From positions 82,710,001 through 82,774,000 of the forward strand of contig NW_024704742.1 in assembly GCF_018977255.1 (NCBI RefSeq): DNA of 64,000 nucleotides, read 5' to 3'. Both the position numbers and the translations under genes were made by a program. Positions 1 to 14,020 of this stretch are shown here, piece after piece (the first letter of the stretch is position 1; each line of letters begins with the position of its first letter). This DNA comes from Callorhinchus milii. Its lineage: Eukaryota. The notes beneath the pieces were generated by a model, which did not search any database, was not told the origin of the DNA, and saw nothing but the letters and a program-made list of their open reading frames with translations.

Positions 1-443
1 TTGTAAGAAGCCTGAGTATAATGCACTGGTTGACAACAAAATTGAGTCACAGACAGAAACATCTTTACAGTACTTAACATTTATTGCCTTCTGCAGTTGA
101 TCCTTGGGGAGTGTTATGAATAAATCCAGATGTACATTATCCAATATATTATTTCAGAAACAAGAGAGAACCAAATTCCTTAGAAGTCAGTTAATCAACC
201 AAAACTATCATTGTGTCCTTCTTTGGGAGTGTTCTGTCGTCAAAGTGAGTACAGGGTCCAGGAGGAATTGAACCTTCAACCCTTTGCAGGCTTCGAAATC
301 TTGTTTTAATTACTAAGAGATCCAGATGGTAATTATTTTGTGTGTAATTAATTTGTGGTTAAGACCAGAAGAAAATTCAGCTGGTAACATTTAACTGTGT
401 GCACAAAAACTAGAAATTTGATAATGCTTTTCCACTATCCAAT

Positions 444-640
444 TCGCAATTGGCTGTCGCACTTCACCCACAAAATACATAGTCAATCCACTTTACAATA
501 CAACAACAACTTCAATAACTTCCATTTATATAGCGCCCTTCATGCAAGATAGTGTCCTGGAGCAATATATGCTGTGAAGCGCTTTGAGAAGTCTCAATGA
601 CTTGATAAGGTGCTATACCAAATGCAAGAAATCATTATTA
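444..640 (+). mobile_element. SINE 3' fragment split by a 62-bp minus-strand L2 tail (501-562)
   Basis: SINE body motif AATTGGCTG..CACCCACAAAATA and tail AAATGCAAG..ATTATTA. The insert is (CAA)n plus the L2 terminal hairpin, flanked by CAATA at 496-500 and 563-567. Confidence 0.8.
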
Positions 641-1495
641 TCCATACCATTGAACCCAAGGTGGCAGATAGTGCTATATCACCTGTTGAAGTTCATACAG
701 ATTTGTCTTCTCCACAGAGTGCTTGCTTTAAATATAATTATACCCCGATTGCAGCAAATGTTGCATTATGCCTTGATGTTGGAGGCACTTTTTTGAACAA
801 AGTAATGGTTTGCAGGTATCATCGAGCGTTCTGCCCATCATGGGAGAAACACCAGGGCTGAAGTGCCAGGAAAGTCCTGGTATAATCTGTACGGAAGAAA
901 AGATTTCAATGNAAAAAAAGGCCTCCTTCTGTGCTGCAAATTTCTAAAACTTTTCTCACTGCCAAACAACGCATTGATACCCAGATAACTCTTTGCAAAG
1001 GAATTGATATAGGAGCAACGACTTGATTCTTCACACGGCAGCCAATTTGCACACAGCAAAGTCACACAAACATTCCTCCTCATGCGCATTTTCTGGTCAA
1101 CCAGCTAATAAGTAGCCTGGCCTCGGGTCAGGCCAGTTTGCAGTCAAATCATAGGTAAGTTAATGTTGTCACTATTGCTGTCTGCTCAGAAGGTTAAAGC
1201 TGCTCGCATTCCAGAAGCAAAATATCCAATTGTGGGACGTGGGAAAATAAGTGGATTTATGGAGTAGGATGTTTATTTGAGAAAAACTAGATTGCATTGC
1301 AACAAAGAGTCGCTGGAAAGTATTTTGGCATCCCAAATTGTTGTTTAGAATACATTACCAACAAATTACATTTGTATAGCGCCTTTGACTTCAGAAGGAT
1401 GTCCCAAGGTGCTGGATAAACATCTCTTCTCTATTTATGGTTTTGTCTTGGGAGTGACAGAGAAGGCTGGCTCTCAGATTTATGAAAAGTGGCCA

Positions 1496-1760
1496 CAATA
1501 ATAATCATTATATTTGCTATAGCGTCTTTCATGTTGTGAGGACATCCCAAAGTGTTTCACGGGATTTACTATAAAGTGTAGTGACTGTGTGTTCTGTGGG
1601 CAAACATGGCAGCCTATTTGCACACATCAATGTCCCACAACAAACGTGAAGTGAATGACAATATTATTTGGGGAGATTGTCAACTAGGACCCCGGGAGAA
1701 ACTGCCTTCTGTTTTCAAACAATACCATGGGATCTTTAATGTCTACCTGAACAGCCAGAC
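1496..1760 (-). mobile_element. Deu-domain SINE, partial
   Basis: Reverse complement of the GTGGACGTTAAAGATCCCATGG and TGTGGGACATTG motifs and of the L2-like tail. Confidence 0.75.
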
Positions 1761-2115
1761 AGCGCCAACAATCATTGTGTGTGTTTCTTTAGTTTGGTAC
1801 ACATAGTTGTATTGTTCCTTAAATGCTTGTTTAAAAAGGGACAAGCCCTATAAAATCCAATTTAGTGCATTGCAGAGAGAGACATGGCACAGCTTTATAC
1901 CCAGGTTATCCCCATATTAAGCACCAACAAGGAATTGGTGTCTAAGGATTCTTTGGCTGCATTCCTATTGGAGTCTTTTCTAAACTAGTTGAAAAACTGC
2001 TATGTAATGGTCGTTCAGAATGTGATATGGATTGCAGGATTCACCAATGTTTTTGTAAATAGTGGGTGCTAGCCATTTGTATGCGACTTTGCTAACTCCC
2101 CACTCAACAGATTTA

Positions 2116-2390
2116 ATAATAATAATAATAATAATCTTTGATTTTAATATAGCGCCTCAAAATGCTTCACAGAATATACTGTAAAGTGGAGTGACTGTGT
2201 ATTTTGTGGGCAAACACAGCAACCAGTTGTACACAGCAATATCCCACAAACAGCTATGGAGTCAATGACCAAATTTTTCCTTTTTGGGGAGGGATCCCCG
2301 GAAAGCCAATTGACTGACAACTGGTTTCCTACTTACTGCTAAGTAAACAGAGGCGTGTGGAATAAGGAAACTTGCCTAAGGTTTCGCCCA
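2116..2390 (-). mobile_element. tRNA-headed SINE, long form, head missing
   Basis: (AAT)n tail, CCTACTTACTGCTAAGTAAACAGAGGC central block, AAGGAAACTTGCC. Confidence 0.85.
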
Positions 2391-2399
2391 CTTCTCAAT

Positions 2400-3040
2400 T
2401 CTTCCCTCCACAAGCTGCAAATTATTCAGCTTGTGTCCTTTCCTGCACTAAGCTCCAGAAGCCGATCACCCCCATCCTCACTTGGCTTCACTGGGATCCC
2501 ATCTTCGCCCACAAATATACAGTCAATTCACTTTACAGTATATTCTGTGAAGCGCTTTGGTATGTCTAGAAGACATGAAAAGCACTATATCAAAGGATTA
2601 TTATTATTATTATCTCCCAGTGGATTGAGTTCAAGATCCTAGTCTCACTTGTAAAGCCCTCCATGGTCTTTCTCCTTTCTACCTCTGTGACCCTCTAAAC
2701 AATTCCAAACTTATCCGCTCAGTGCGGACTGGCCTGCTCCATTCCCCTGCCCTGCCCGCTCCACCATCAGTGGTCGAGCCTTCAGCTTTTCTGCCCCCAC
2801 CCTTTGGAACTCCATCCTGAAAACCCTCTGCCTCCCTCCCTCCTTTGCCTCCTTCAAGGGCCATCTTAAGACCTCCATCTTTGAATGTGCCTTCAGTTAT
2901 CTTCCCACCTCTACCTTGTTTGCCCTCCAGACCTCTTTCCAGCCACCAGCTTGGGTACAAAGCCTTCACTGTCCAGCAACTTGGACATCCTTCTGATGAG
3001 AAGGTTGCTATATAAATGCAATAAGTCGTTATTGTTCTTG
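2400..3040 (+). mobile_element. Old L2 3' fragment interrupted by a SINE 3' fragment (about 2503-2612)
   Basis: Degenerate match to the ORF2 C-terminus of the L2 at 8961-9875 (LHKLQIIQ.., ITPIL..LHW) and an L2-type terminus. Confidence 0.8.
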
Positions 3041-4312
3041 TAGTATCAGACCATCCTTTGGAGCTTTTCTCAAACACTGATTGGCAATGATCTCCTGCCT
3101 GGCACCAGGAACATCCTTTTGGCTACAATCTGGCTTTAAATCTGAGTTGAGGTTCCAAAGGGTCCCTCTAGGGTCCACTATTTACAAATGCTTTTGCGAG
3201 TCTCACAAATTAGACCTCATTGTGAACATCGCTGTCATGTGAAAGACTGGAAGGGGCCCTAGGGGTCAAGGCACTTTGTATGTCTCATTCACAACAGAAT
3301 TCGCTACTGCAGACATTTTCTTGATGGTCACTAGACAGAATATTACTGTCAGCAACAGTTTGCTCAGTTTGTCTCACAGGAGAAAAGACATTGATAATTG
3401 TGGTTTGTTTTCAAGCGCAGCAGGGATTCTAAAAATGCTAGCTTATTTACTGCTGCATGACCCCAGTGTGAGAAAAACGCTTGATATCTGGGGCTTTCGA
3501 ACAAAAGATTTCAGTAAACCTAATCTTTTCCAGTCCGGAGCACATAGTCTTCCGCTTGTTCCTTCAACAGGGCACGAGTGATTGAGTAACAGTTGATCGG
3601 CTATTAAAGAAGGGCCTATCTATTTCTCTTCTGTTAGCAGCTGGCTTGGATGGTGTGATAATTACAACAGTAATATTTAGATTAGTGGGAAATTAGAGCA
3701 TGAACTTGATAAAGATATATTTTAAGAGAATTGCTTAAATGTCACACAGTTCATCCTTCATTTACAACTTATGCAGTAATTTATAGTTCAAGCCCTTTTT
3801 TTTAAATATGTAAGAATTCAGGCAAATGTCAGCTTTTACTGTTAAATGAGCTGAAATCCTAGCTACTTTTGACAGTTAAACTTTGCTCCATTATAGCTTC
3901 CACTATTGTCAAGTTGGCCAAAGTATATTCACTCATTCATTTGAAACCTACAATGTGGCAGATTGTCTGAAGCGCTCCATGTCCTTTACAAGTGTTGTGC
4001 GCAATTGGCTGCCACGTTTCACCCACAAAATATACAATATACATGCACTTTACAATATATCATGTGGAGTGCTTTGAGACGTCTCAATGACGTGATAAGA
4101 TGCTATATCAAATGCAAAGATTATTATATTATTATGTCTATCATGAAATTAAACCCCACAGGGAGGTGCTCAATCATGTTCAGTAAAGAAGAGCTCAGTA
4201 AGTTTTTTTGTAGAAATTGCAAGTTCTTTTTTAAACTAGACTTGTTGGTGAAAGAAAATGAGGTAAAATTTGCAGTGTTTCTTAACTAATTTCTTGTGAT
4301 ATTTAACGAGTT

Positions 4313-4740
4313 TCAGTCTGGTTCAGTCGTGACTATTTCGCATCTGGGTCAGAAAGTTGTGGGTTCAAGACACACTATGAGCGATTTGAACTCATAGATG
4401 AGGCTGACACTCCAATGCAGTGCTGGGGGTGTGCTGCATGGTCAGAGGTTCTGCTCTCTGAATGATTTGTTAAACCTATTCAGGTGGACATTAAAGGTCC
4501 AATGGCACAATTCGAAAGAGAAGTGAATTTCTCCCTGTGTCCTGGCCAACAATCCCCAAAATAAAACTGGTCATTCACTTCATAGCTATTTGCGGGACAT
4601 TGGTATGTAAACATTGGCTGCAACATTCAGCTACAAAATACAATCCCTACAGACCCTGCGCTCTGCAATAATTCCTGTGAAGTGTTTTAAGATGTTTCAA
4701 CCATGTCATAAGCAACCATATCAAATGCAAGGATTATTAT
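4313..4740 (+). mobile_element. Deu-domain SINE (SacSINE1/AmnSINE1-related), near full length
   Basis: tRNA-like head TCAGAAAGTTGTGGGTTCAAG, Deu-type block GGCTGACACTCCAATGCAGTGCTG..CAGGTGGACATTAAAG, tail CAAATGCAAGGATTATTAT. Confidence 0.8.
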
Positions 4741-5309
4741 AAATGACTGTAGTACAATCTGTTCTCCACATTCAGCCTGAAATACCACAGAATATTCATA
4801 TGGCTTGATGACTTTGTTCTGAAACCAATCTGATTTGTAATTGTCAGAGAGGAGTTAAAAAAAAGCCCGATTGAATAATCACCCACATTGTGATCCTTGT
4901 TTTGGTTTACTTACGTTTTTTTTTCTGGAATATATTGTTGTTTCACTGGTGAAGTATGATTTAAATCGTCAGTAAAATTAACTGGGAGGAGTTAGTTATT
5001 AAGACAGACGGGTTGAATGAGCCGAATTAATGCTGTTAGAGATATAGCCATTAACCCAAAGGGCATCGGCAATCATGATCGGGTGGGTAACTACGACTGT
5101 CAATTCATTCCCTTCACACAACCAGGCTCAAAACTATCCTAACTGTATTGCCAGCAGCTCATGTCCTTAATGAGGCTCCTGACATTAAAATAATCCCTAC
5201 ATTTGATACAACGCCTTATCCCATTGTCAAGACATCTCAAAGAATTTTACAGGAAATACTGTAAGGTATAGTGACTGTGTATTTTTTGTGCATTAACTAT
5301 GTGTCTGCT

Positions 5310-5630
5310 ACCTGTCGACTAACCGAGACTCTTCTTTTGCTCAGCTTGCTTCACGTCGTCTGCCCTATCCACCCCACTATCATCGGGTGAACTTTCAGCC
5401 ATTCTGCTCTCGCTCTCTGGAACTCATTCCCAGAGTCCCTCCCACTCACTCACTTCCTAACCTGGCTCAAAGCCAGCCTCAACACATGCCTGTTTAACAA
5501 TGCTTTTGGTCATCTTTCCCTTCCCCACCTCTTCAGCTCCCACTCCCCAGCTCGGGTGCTTAGCCAGCAATTTGAAGCCATTTGAGACATCCTGCTGACA
5601 TGAAAGATGCTACATAAATATAAATTGTAT
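5310..5630 (+). mobile_element. Old L2 3' fragment
   Basis: CCCACTATCATCGG..TTCAGCC..CTCTGGAACTC and terminal GAGACATCCTGCTGACATGAAAG. Confidence 0.7.
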
Positions 5631-6261
5631 TCTAATTGCATTTGGTGGACAAAAGCGACAGCCAATGTGTGGTAACAGCCATGAAGTCAATGACCAATTT
5701 TATCTAAGATGATTGTTTGAATTCCTCCTATAACAGACATGAACTGAACGTCTGAATGTTGAAGATCGAAATAATAAAAGCAAGATTTTCTTGTTAACTG
5801 TACATTTTTAACAAGTATCCCTCCCCAACTATACCCACTATCACTGAATTTATTTTTCTTTTATGTAGACTACATTATTGGAGAAAAGTTAGGATTAGGA
5901 TTCATGGTCATTGATCAGAAGGGAATTTCTCCCTATGTCGTGGCCAACAATCCCCCAAATAAAATTGGTCGCTCACTCACTCCATGAATGTCTGGGGAAC
6001 ATTGCTGTGTGCAAATTGGTGGCAGGTTTTCCAACAATAAATAGTTTCCAGGTGTTAACAAAACAGCAGCACAAAACATCTCTTAGAACTATTTTAGAAC
6101 AGTTGTGACTATTTGGGGGGAGGGGGGAGCAAACCTTGAACAATCACTGGGTCCCACATGTCTGGGGTAGAACTACATCAGTTTGTAAAATTGAAAGGAT
6201 TTTGAGCCTAGTTTGACTTGGGTTAGGATCAGCGACGGTGACTCTCGTTGCCAAGATTTTA

Positions 6262-6772
6262 ACAATAATAATAATCGTTGCATTTGATATTGCTCCTTAT
6301 CACGTCGTTCAATGCGATGTTTCAATGCGCTTCACAAAATATACTGTAAATTTAACTGACTGTATATTTTGTGGATGAAATGCGGCAGCCAATTGCATAC
6401 AGCAGTGTCCCACAAACAGTCATGGATCAAGTCACCAAATTATTTTTTTTTTAATTTAAAAGGATTATTACCCCCAGAAAAGCAATCTGCCAATCAACCA
6501 ACAACTGGGATCCTACTTACAGCTAGGTAAACTGAGGCTTGTGGAGTAAGATTGGCTGCCGCGTTCGCCCACAAATATACAGTCAATTCACTTTACAGTG
6601 TGTTCTGTGAAGCGCTTTGGGACGTCCTCCCGACGTGAAAAGCGCTATATCAAATGCAAGGATTATTATTATTATTATTATTATTATAAGAAAACTTGCC
6701 CAACATTTCACCCTGCTCGGGAATCAAACTCGCTTGTGAGGCGAGTGCTCTAACCACTAAGCTACAAGAATT
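6262..6772 (-). mobile_element. tRNA-headed SINE, long form, host of a younger SINE
   Basis: Complete tail-body-head order on the minus strand. Confidence 0.9.
6551..6686 (+). mobile_element. Young 5'-truncated SINE
   Basis: Essentially identical to the 3' part of 15461-15786, (TTA)n tail, TSD TAAG(A) at 6547-6551 and 6687-6691. Confidence 0.92.
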
Positions 6773-7117
6773 TACAGGACTTGATAATAGTTAAGCAAAT
6801 CCATCTTACTGCTGAAAGGGCTGGACAACAGAATAATTTTTCCACCACAACAAATCCCACCACAGTACTGATGTAGCTTTATTGTCACTGCTGCAGCTTT
6901 CTGGAGTGTGCGACTGGTGGGCCACAGCATGAAAACAGGAAAATGTGCGACATTCTGCGGCATGACATGGCCTCGAGCAGTATAAGTAAATCCCAAATGT
7001 AATTCTTGTCCTGCAGTGCACAGATGTGAAGCAGGAAGCCTGATTTACAATTTGCCATGTACAATTCAGCACATGTGCAGCACTCTGATATCGCATATTT
7101 GTTCTCTTATCTTACTC

Positions 7118-7380
7118 AAGGTGACATGTTTGGCAGCGGAATGTCGGAATCGAGCCAGCCCTCAGTGGCGGTCTCAGTAGTCTGATTCCTGAGCCAGGTG
7201 GGTTCAGCAGTACTTCAGGGCACTGCTGATGACAGCACAGCCAGCCTGGCTCATCGCCAGGACTTGGAAGTACAGACCAGTCACTGGGGGCAGGGAGTCA
7301 TCCCATTCAGCTCCTGTTAACCCCGCAAGCCAAAGCCATAACAGGTAGGGTGGTACTAGCTGAAAAAGCCAGACAGCAAT
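7118..7380 (+). repeat. Unclassified old interspersed repeat X, copy 1
   Basis: Aligns by eye to 38030-38295 (+) and 62020-62260 (-). Confidence 0.75.
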
Positions 7381-7664
7381 ATCAATGGCAAGCTATATTG
7401 TTTTAGCTAGTTAGACTCCAGCAGTACCCCAGGCCATGCTCTGCGGTCCCCAAGCCTTGGCTCTTGCCAACTTACACCTATTACTTTCCAGAATTAGGTA
7501 AGCGTCCCTTCAGTGAGAAGGAGCACATTCCATTCCAACAATCTATCTTTGGGATTTCCATGTGCAGGTGGGATGCATGAAATTCTCAATTTGGTTTGAA
7601 TACTCTTAAGCATGGTGGTAATTTATGGCATGTGTCACATACCTAGCTGACAAAAAAATCTTAC

Positions 7665-7827
7665 TCAAAATCTGTCCATGGGTCTGCCAATGAGTATTGA
7701 GGTTGGAGTTGAAGTTGAAGAGTAGAGTCAGAATTAATTCTCAGCTCGGGACTTAAACAGCTCAAGCTTGAATCAAACTGCACTTGAAACTCTTCCAGAA
7801 TTTCACTGTCTGAACCCCTATTCTTAC
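7665..7827 (-). CDS. Possible internal exon (..SDSEILEEFQVQFDSSLSCLSPELRINSDSTLQLQLQPQYSLADPWTDF), product unknown
   Basis: Open frame in repeat-free DNA ending at a GA|GTAAGA donor. The acceptor is weak and ambiguous. Confidence 0.2.
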
Positions 7828-8960
7828 TGTATTTACACAGCGTGGCGATTGGCAATGAAGAGAGCAGTGTAACTATAGTATGAGAGACAACTTGTGAATT
7901 GCACACAATATCTGTTTGTGAAGCTCTATGGAAAGGGAGCATTTAGTGGCTTATGGTGATCATTAGGGAAAGGTGCACTCAGAAGCAGTGTCGATAAAAA
8001 TCCTTTTCAGTTTTTGCCAAATACTGTCTTTAAGATGCTGAATTAGTGAACCCTCATTTTCTTTTTACTGGTGTATTTTCGGCACTATCTGTGGGCATTA
8101 AATGCTGTTTAACGGTTTGAGTGCAGCAGAGAACAGTGCAAGCTGTCTGCAGATAATATTATAATCCAGCTTTCACTGTCAATACACACAAAGCATCTGC
8201 TTTCTATAGAACGCTTAGATGGAATGGCCCTGCATGTCTGCCAAGAACTAAAAGCATTATTCCTCCTCTCCACCATAATTTATCATTTCTATTTCCCATT
8301 TATAAGCTTTCTAGAATGTCCCTCCATAAAAGGGTTCATCATTCTTCAGAGCAAACAAAAACAATATTTTGGTGTAGTTTCTTCAAATCTCTCCCCAACC
8401 CCCTCTTCTTCCCTCAAAGGCATTATATGCATGTCAGCCGGGCTCAGCTGCTAGCACTCTCATCTCTTAAGGCATAAAGGTTCAAATCCCAAGTCAGGAG
8501 TTTGAACAATACTTGTTACAAGTAATAACTCTCCCTAAGTCTCTAAATATGACAGCAAATTTCCCTTATTTCAGGAAATAAAGTAGCATTTTTGACTTTG
8601 AACAGATGATTGATCTGCTAGGGAATGACTGGGGAAGTGAGAAATTGAGACATGGAGGATGGGTGGCTTCTCACAGGATATCACGATTATAATCAGAAAT
8701 CGTCAATGTTGCTTTAAAAAAGACAGAAATTTCAGCCTTCTGCAGGGCAACTTAAGGGATGAAATTTTCAATGTTGTGATGTGCTAATTAACACTGATAA
8801 TATAAATTAATGATTGAAATTAGAAACCTGACGATAATTAAAACACTGACTGATCTCTGGATGGACTGGGAACACAATGTTCCCAACTTTCACAGAGGAA
8901 TTAATTCTGGTTATCAGCATTAGTTGTTTTTTGAGATTCCAGGAAATGGATATTGGACTT

Positions 8961-9875
8961 TACAACAACAACATCATCAACAAGATTCCATTTATAGAGC
9001 GCCTTTCACGTCGGGAGGATGTCCAAAGGCGCTGGACAGTTGGGTCAGGACCCGAGCAGGGGAGAATGGTAGGGTGAGGGGAGGGAAGGGAGGGAGCGAG
9101 GAGGGGGTAGAGAGTCGAGAGGGGAGCTGAAGGCACGGTCAAAGAGAAAGGTCTTGAGACTGGCCTTGAAGGAGGAAAGGGAGGAAGCAAGGCGAAGGCA
9201 CTGGGGGATAGAGTTCCAGAGCCTCGGGGCTGAGAGACTGAAGGCCCGGCCACCGATGGTAGGGCAGTTGGGGCGGGGGATGTGGAGCAGACCGGAGCCA
9301 GAGGAACGGAGGGTACGGGCAGGTAGGTAGGGGGATAGTAGGTCAGAGAGGTAGGAGGGAGCAAGGCCGTGGATGGCCTTGTAGGTGAGGATGAGGATCT
9401 TGAATTCGATCCTCTGGGGGATGGGGAGCCAGTGGAGGCGAGCGAGGGTGGGAGTGATGTGGTCCCGAAGCCTGGTGCGGGACAGTACACGAGCTGCAGA
9501 GTTCTGAATGACCTGCAGCTTGTGGAGGGAGGTGGCGGGAAGGCCGGCGAGGAGAGAGTTCCCATAGTCCAGCCTTGAGGTGATAAAGGCGTGGACCAGA
9601 GTTTCAGCAGCGTGAGGGGTGAGGTAGTGCCGTAGTCTGGCGATGTTCCGGAGGTGATGGAAGGCGGTGCCAGTTGTGGCGCGGATATGAGGGAGAAGGG
9701 ACAGCTCAGGGTCGAACAGAACCCCGAGGTTCCTGAGTGGCTTTGAGAGGTGGAGAGTGCAGCCTTGGATGCTGATGCTGTCAGCGCCAGAGGTGCGGAG
9801 GCGCTGACGCGAGCCAATCAGGAGGGCCTCGGTTTTACGCACGTTGAGCTGAAGAAAGTTGTCTCTCGTCCAATT
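8961..9875 (-). mobile_element. Young 5'-truncated L2 LINE (ORF2 C-terminus plus 3' UTR)
   Basis: Uninterrupted frame 9045-9884 (NFLQLN..KTE, RNLGV.FD, SRLDYGNSLL.GLP, HITP.L..LHWLP, APRLWNS), terminal hairpin and (TTG)n tail. Confidence 0.95.
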
Positions 9876-12149
9876 TGATTCCATTTCTGCGCTGGGTAGT
9901 ATAAAGTCTTATCATAGTGTAAGTTTTGTGTGGCTCTGAAAGGATTTAGCTTGAATGGCCTTAACAATAAAATATACAGGAAAGAGGACAAAAATGTAAG
10001 CATGTTTGTGCCACTTCGCCCAGAGACAAAGCAGCATGATGTCCTCGCCAGGGGACAATAGGCTGTGAATCATCTGTGCACAACAGTTGATAGCTCCTCT
10101 CGGGAAGTGTGAATCAGACACTTTGAAATATCCCTTTACTGTGCCAACGGAATAGTCGTCTGTCCTTTGATCGAGGTACTAGCAGAGTTCTGTGTGATGG
10201 CAAATCAAAGTTGTTTGAAGTCACGTGTTTCACTTTAAGCATTGTCCTCTCAAAAACCTCTGGGGGCACTTCCGTGGTGAGAAAATGTTCTCGCTATCTG
10301 ATCATTCCCATTAAACACTGTAGGAACAAGCTATGTCTAAGCAAATGTTCTTTAAATGATCGTGGCCATTAACTGGGTCCCTATTTAAATGGTGTCTAGT
10401 GTATATGGAGCAAAGTGCGTTTGAAACATCTCAGCCAGTAATATTAAGTATTTGAATTGAAATTTGATAGCATCACTGTTCAGATTGGTTCATTGTTTGC
10501 AATAGAAGTAAAGTACTGTGAAACAGAGCCCTGATCTCTGGACCTAGCTTGATGTAGATGTAAGGGATAATACTTCAAAGGAATTGGGCACATGGAGAAA
10601 ATTGGTATCAGATCCATGTATGAGTGAGCTCCATTGCGTGTGAATTATCCAAATAGTTCTGAAATAGATAACCACGCTCTTGAAATCTGATTGAATATTA
10701 ATTGCTTGGAGCTGTATCTTGCTGTTCAATATTTGTTTTCAATTTGTTGACCTCAAGATCTTTTACATCCTCAGTGATCAGTCTTGCGCTGTGATCTTCA
10801 GAGAAAGCCACTGCTGCCTTGATACAGTGTGACTGAATGTGTTGCACCATGTTCGTTTTTGGGGTTTTGAGGAATTTTTCAGGAATGTTTTACCTTAGGA
10901 ATTCTGCTTCCAATTACCACTGTGACATAGTTGTAACTTGCCACATTAAATCTCCTCCCTCCCCTCGGCATCAGTATCAGGCTCACAACTTTTAAGGGCT
11001 CCGTAACATTGCCCTGCGTAAAGGGCACTCTATCAATGCAAGTTGTTGCCATTTAAAGGAGATAATAATAATCCTTGTTTTGATATAGTGCCTTTCCCAC
11101 ATCACTGAGATGAGATTGACTGCTTATAAATGCATTGCTCAATAATTCCTGACTAATGCTATGATTTTTTAAAGATGCCCATATCCTTGACTGAATTGCC
11201 TCTGGTGAATCATTGAAGACACAGAGCAAGTCAGTCCCATGCTCACCCCTGCCTGGAACATTCCTACCTTAGGAACTCTTGAAGGTTTTTCTGAGTAGGG
11301 TACTTCTTATCAAAGACAGCTGCTTTGAATTAAGAGTTAATATGGTGAGCCAGCAGCTGGCTAGGCTGTTGTGCATATTTAATGTATCGCAACTCACCCC
11401 TCTACTTCCAGTCTCTAAAAAATGTGGGAAACTATTCGATAATGTGTGGTACCAATGAAGGCAAATTGACTTAGCCTGTGTGGGAGCTTCTAGGCCTTGA
11501 CCCAAGCAACTGAATGGCAGAGTCATTGCTTAGATGGCAAAATGCCGCACTGGAAATCTAAGCTTTCTTTGTACACAATGCCTGGTCAAAGAAGTTGAGT
11601 GCATCAACCTCACCAAAAGGAAAAACAAATGGATCCTTACAGGTGTTTATTGCAGCACAGGAAGAATGGGAAATACCATACTACACCAGAATGGGAAATG
11701 GCTAGGACCTTTTCAAGCCCTGGGTTCTCGCCAGCTCCCATTTGCAGCTGATCCCTTTGCACTGGCATTACTGTTGGCAGAAGGTGACCGTTTTCGCAAA
11801 ATGCACAGTTAAGAGTATGTTTGCAGGAGGCAAAGCACTCTCGTGACTTGTCTGAAACAATCGTTGTCATAATAATTGCAACCGACTGACATCGTCTTTC
11901 ACAATTTGCTAAACAAACCGCTTTTTTAAGCAACAATGGTCAAAAGGGAATGTTACAAACCAGAATTCATTGCTTTCAAATTGCAGTGGGCAAGATGTTG
12001 GCCTTACACTATTATAGACCTGGGCTTTTGAAAGTGTTCTCTATTTGTTGAGTGTAAACGTTCTATGTGAAAGGGGCTTCAACTCATTTCCTAGCGGACG
12101 TGGGTGCAAAGCACAAAGCAACCTCTAAATTAACTATTTCACAGAGAGA

Positions 12150-12370
12150 TTCACTGCCCTGAACATTGCTTAAAGTAGATTGTATCGATGGATTTAAGAG
12201 AAAGCTAGATGTACAAATAAGGGGGAAGGGAATAGCGTTCACTATAAGAGTGTGGCAGGGAGGGAGTAAAGTAATGGGTAGAGACTCACATGGAGTGTAA
12301 ACACCCACACAGACTGTTTGGGATAAATGGCCTGTTTCTGTGCTGTACAGTCTATGCAATTCTATATGTC
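12150..12370 (+). mobile_element. Old CR1 3' end
   Basis: TTTAAGAGAAAGCTAGAT..AATGGCCTGTTTCTGTGCTGTA..TTCTAT, matching the terminus of the CR1 at 50941. Confidence 0.7.
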
Positions 12371-13304
12371 AATCTCACTCAGAGGTCACAAGATGGTCTG
12401 TGTGGGAAGTGGAGAAATGCCGCACTGGTAAGGTAGAGGGCGCTTTCTGAGGTTGGGAACTGAGTCCTACTGCTGTATAGTGTAAAGGAGTTTTTACTCT
12501 AGACCTAGCCATGCTGTACCTGACTTGGGGAATGCTTGGCTCTGTCAATGGATAAATAAAATGGGAGGACTGGCCAACATCCCCCATCTTGATCATCACA
12601 AACTAAAATAAATTGTTGGTGGCATGGGCCTGGGGAATAATAATAATCCTTACATATGGTATAGCTGCTTTCATATCACAAGAGTATCCAAAAGCTCTTC
12701 ACACGATATACTGTAAAGTATAATGACTGTGTGTTTTGTGGGCAAACACAGCAAGAATAATAAATGTCAAGCTAAAGATCGATTCTGGTGGATATAATGT
12801 GTATGTTAGAACCTGCGGCCAATTAACAAGTGTTGCATTGATATCTGAGTAGTGTACGAGATGATGACAATGCTCCAGGGTTCTTGAATGTTAATATGTA
12901 GGACAGCAGAAAGAAATAACATTGGAATAATAGAACTCCGTATTTACACTATAATGCCACGCAAGTTACTGGACCAACAGTTACTTAAAAGTAGATATCA
13001 ACAGAGGTTGGCCTAACATTTCAGAAGCTTCAGAGTGACTTCAGTTAGTTTGATCAAGGTCTTTCTTCCTCAGGAGTGTCCTGCACTTGCGTCTCTCAGA
13101 GGTGCATACTATAATGTGTGGAGTTAGAAAGTGCCATGAAGTGGCGACAGATAGGTTGAAAAAGTGGTGGTTCGTAACAGGATTCACTCACTTTCATTGC
13201 AGATAAGCACATAGTACATATCACAAAATACAACTACAGTGGCTACCGTGCTCGCAAAAAAAGTTCCCTCGACAATTATACTGTCATTTTATCACTACAC
13301 ACTG

Positions 13305-13674
13305 TGAACACTGGAGCTTAGTGGTTAGAGCACTCACCTCACAAACGAGAGACCTGGGTTTGATTCCCGGCAGAGTGAAATGTTGGGCACATTTCCTTAC
13401 TCCACATGCCTCTGTTTACTTAGCAGTATGCAGGAATCCGGTTGTTAATCGATTGATGGATCGTTTTTCCAAGGGTAATAATTCCTTCAAAAAAAATTAA
13501 CAAATTGTTCAGTTCAATCCATGACTGTTTGTGGGACACTGCTGTATGCAATTTGCTGCCGTGTTTCACTTTAATTTAATTTGTCAATTCACTTTACAGC
13601 TTATTCTGTGAAGTGCTTTGAGATGTCTAGAAGAAGTGATAAGTTGCTATATCAAATGCAAGGATTATTCTTAT
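13305..13674 (+). mobile_element. tRNA-headed SINE, long form, full length
   Basis: A box AGCTTAGTGG, B box GGTTTGATTCC, central GCCTCTGTTTACTTAGCAGTA block, L2-like tail. Confidence 0.92.
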
Positions 13675-13835
13675 TGTACCAGTCTTTTCTCTCTCTCTGT
13701 GAGTTTTTTCCTTTTTCTCCCTCTTCCTCACTCTGTTATTTTCTCTCCGAGTCTCTCTAACTTTCCATCTTCCTTTTTCTATCTCAAGAACACCTCTACC
13801 TCAAAACTTGGCTAGTTAAATACTTGACTAGTACC

Positions 13836-14020
13836 AATATCAGGGCACTTGGGGAAAAGAGAGGCAACTGGTATTGAGCCCCAGAGCGGGTATAATCCAA
13901 GAAAAATGATTCAATAGCTAGACTATCCTCCTTCGTGAATATGTTCTTGTGTTCATACTGTGTTTGTTGCAACTTCACTTCAAGCACGCTCCTCTCTGTA
14001 TTTGTCATTCTTGCTGCCCT
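13836..14020 (-). CDS. Possible internal exon (RAARMTNTERSVLEVKLQQTQYEHKNIFTKEDSLAIESFFLDYTRSGAQY..), product unknown
   Basis: Open frame in unique DNA after CCTTCCCTCATATTTCTGGTAAACAG. The donor is uncertain. Confidence 0.2.

Noticed and set aside
8960..9817. 285-aa Ser/Pro-rich ORF and other long ORFs overlapping L2 copies
   Set aside because: Alternative or antisense frames of C-rich L2 sequence.
8943..9887. Imperfect inverted repeat (GAAATGGA..ATTGGAC) flanking the young L2
   Set aside because: Short, gapped and partly L2-derived; not credible as transposon TIRs.
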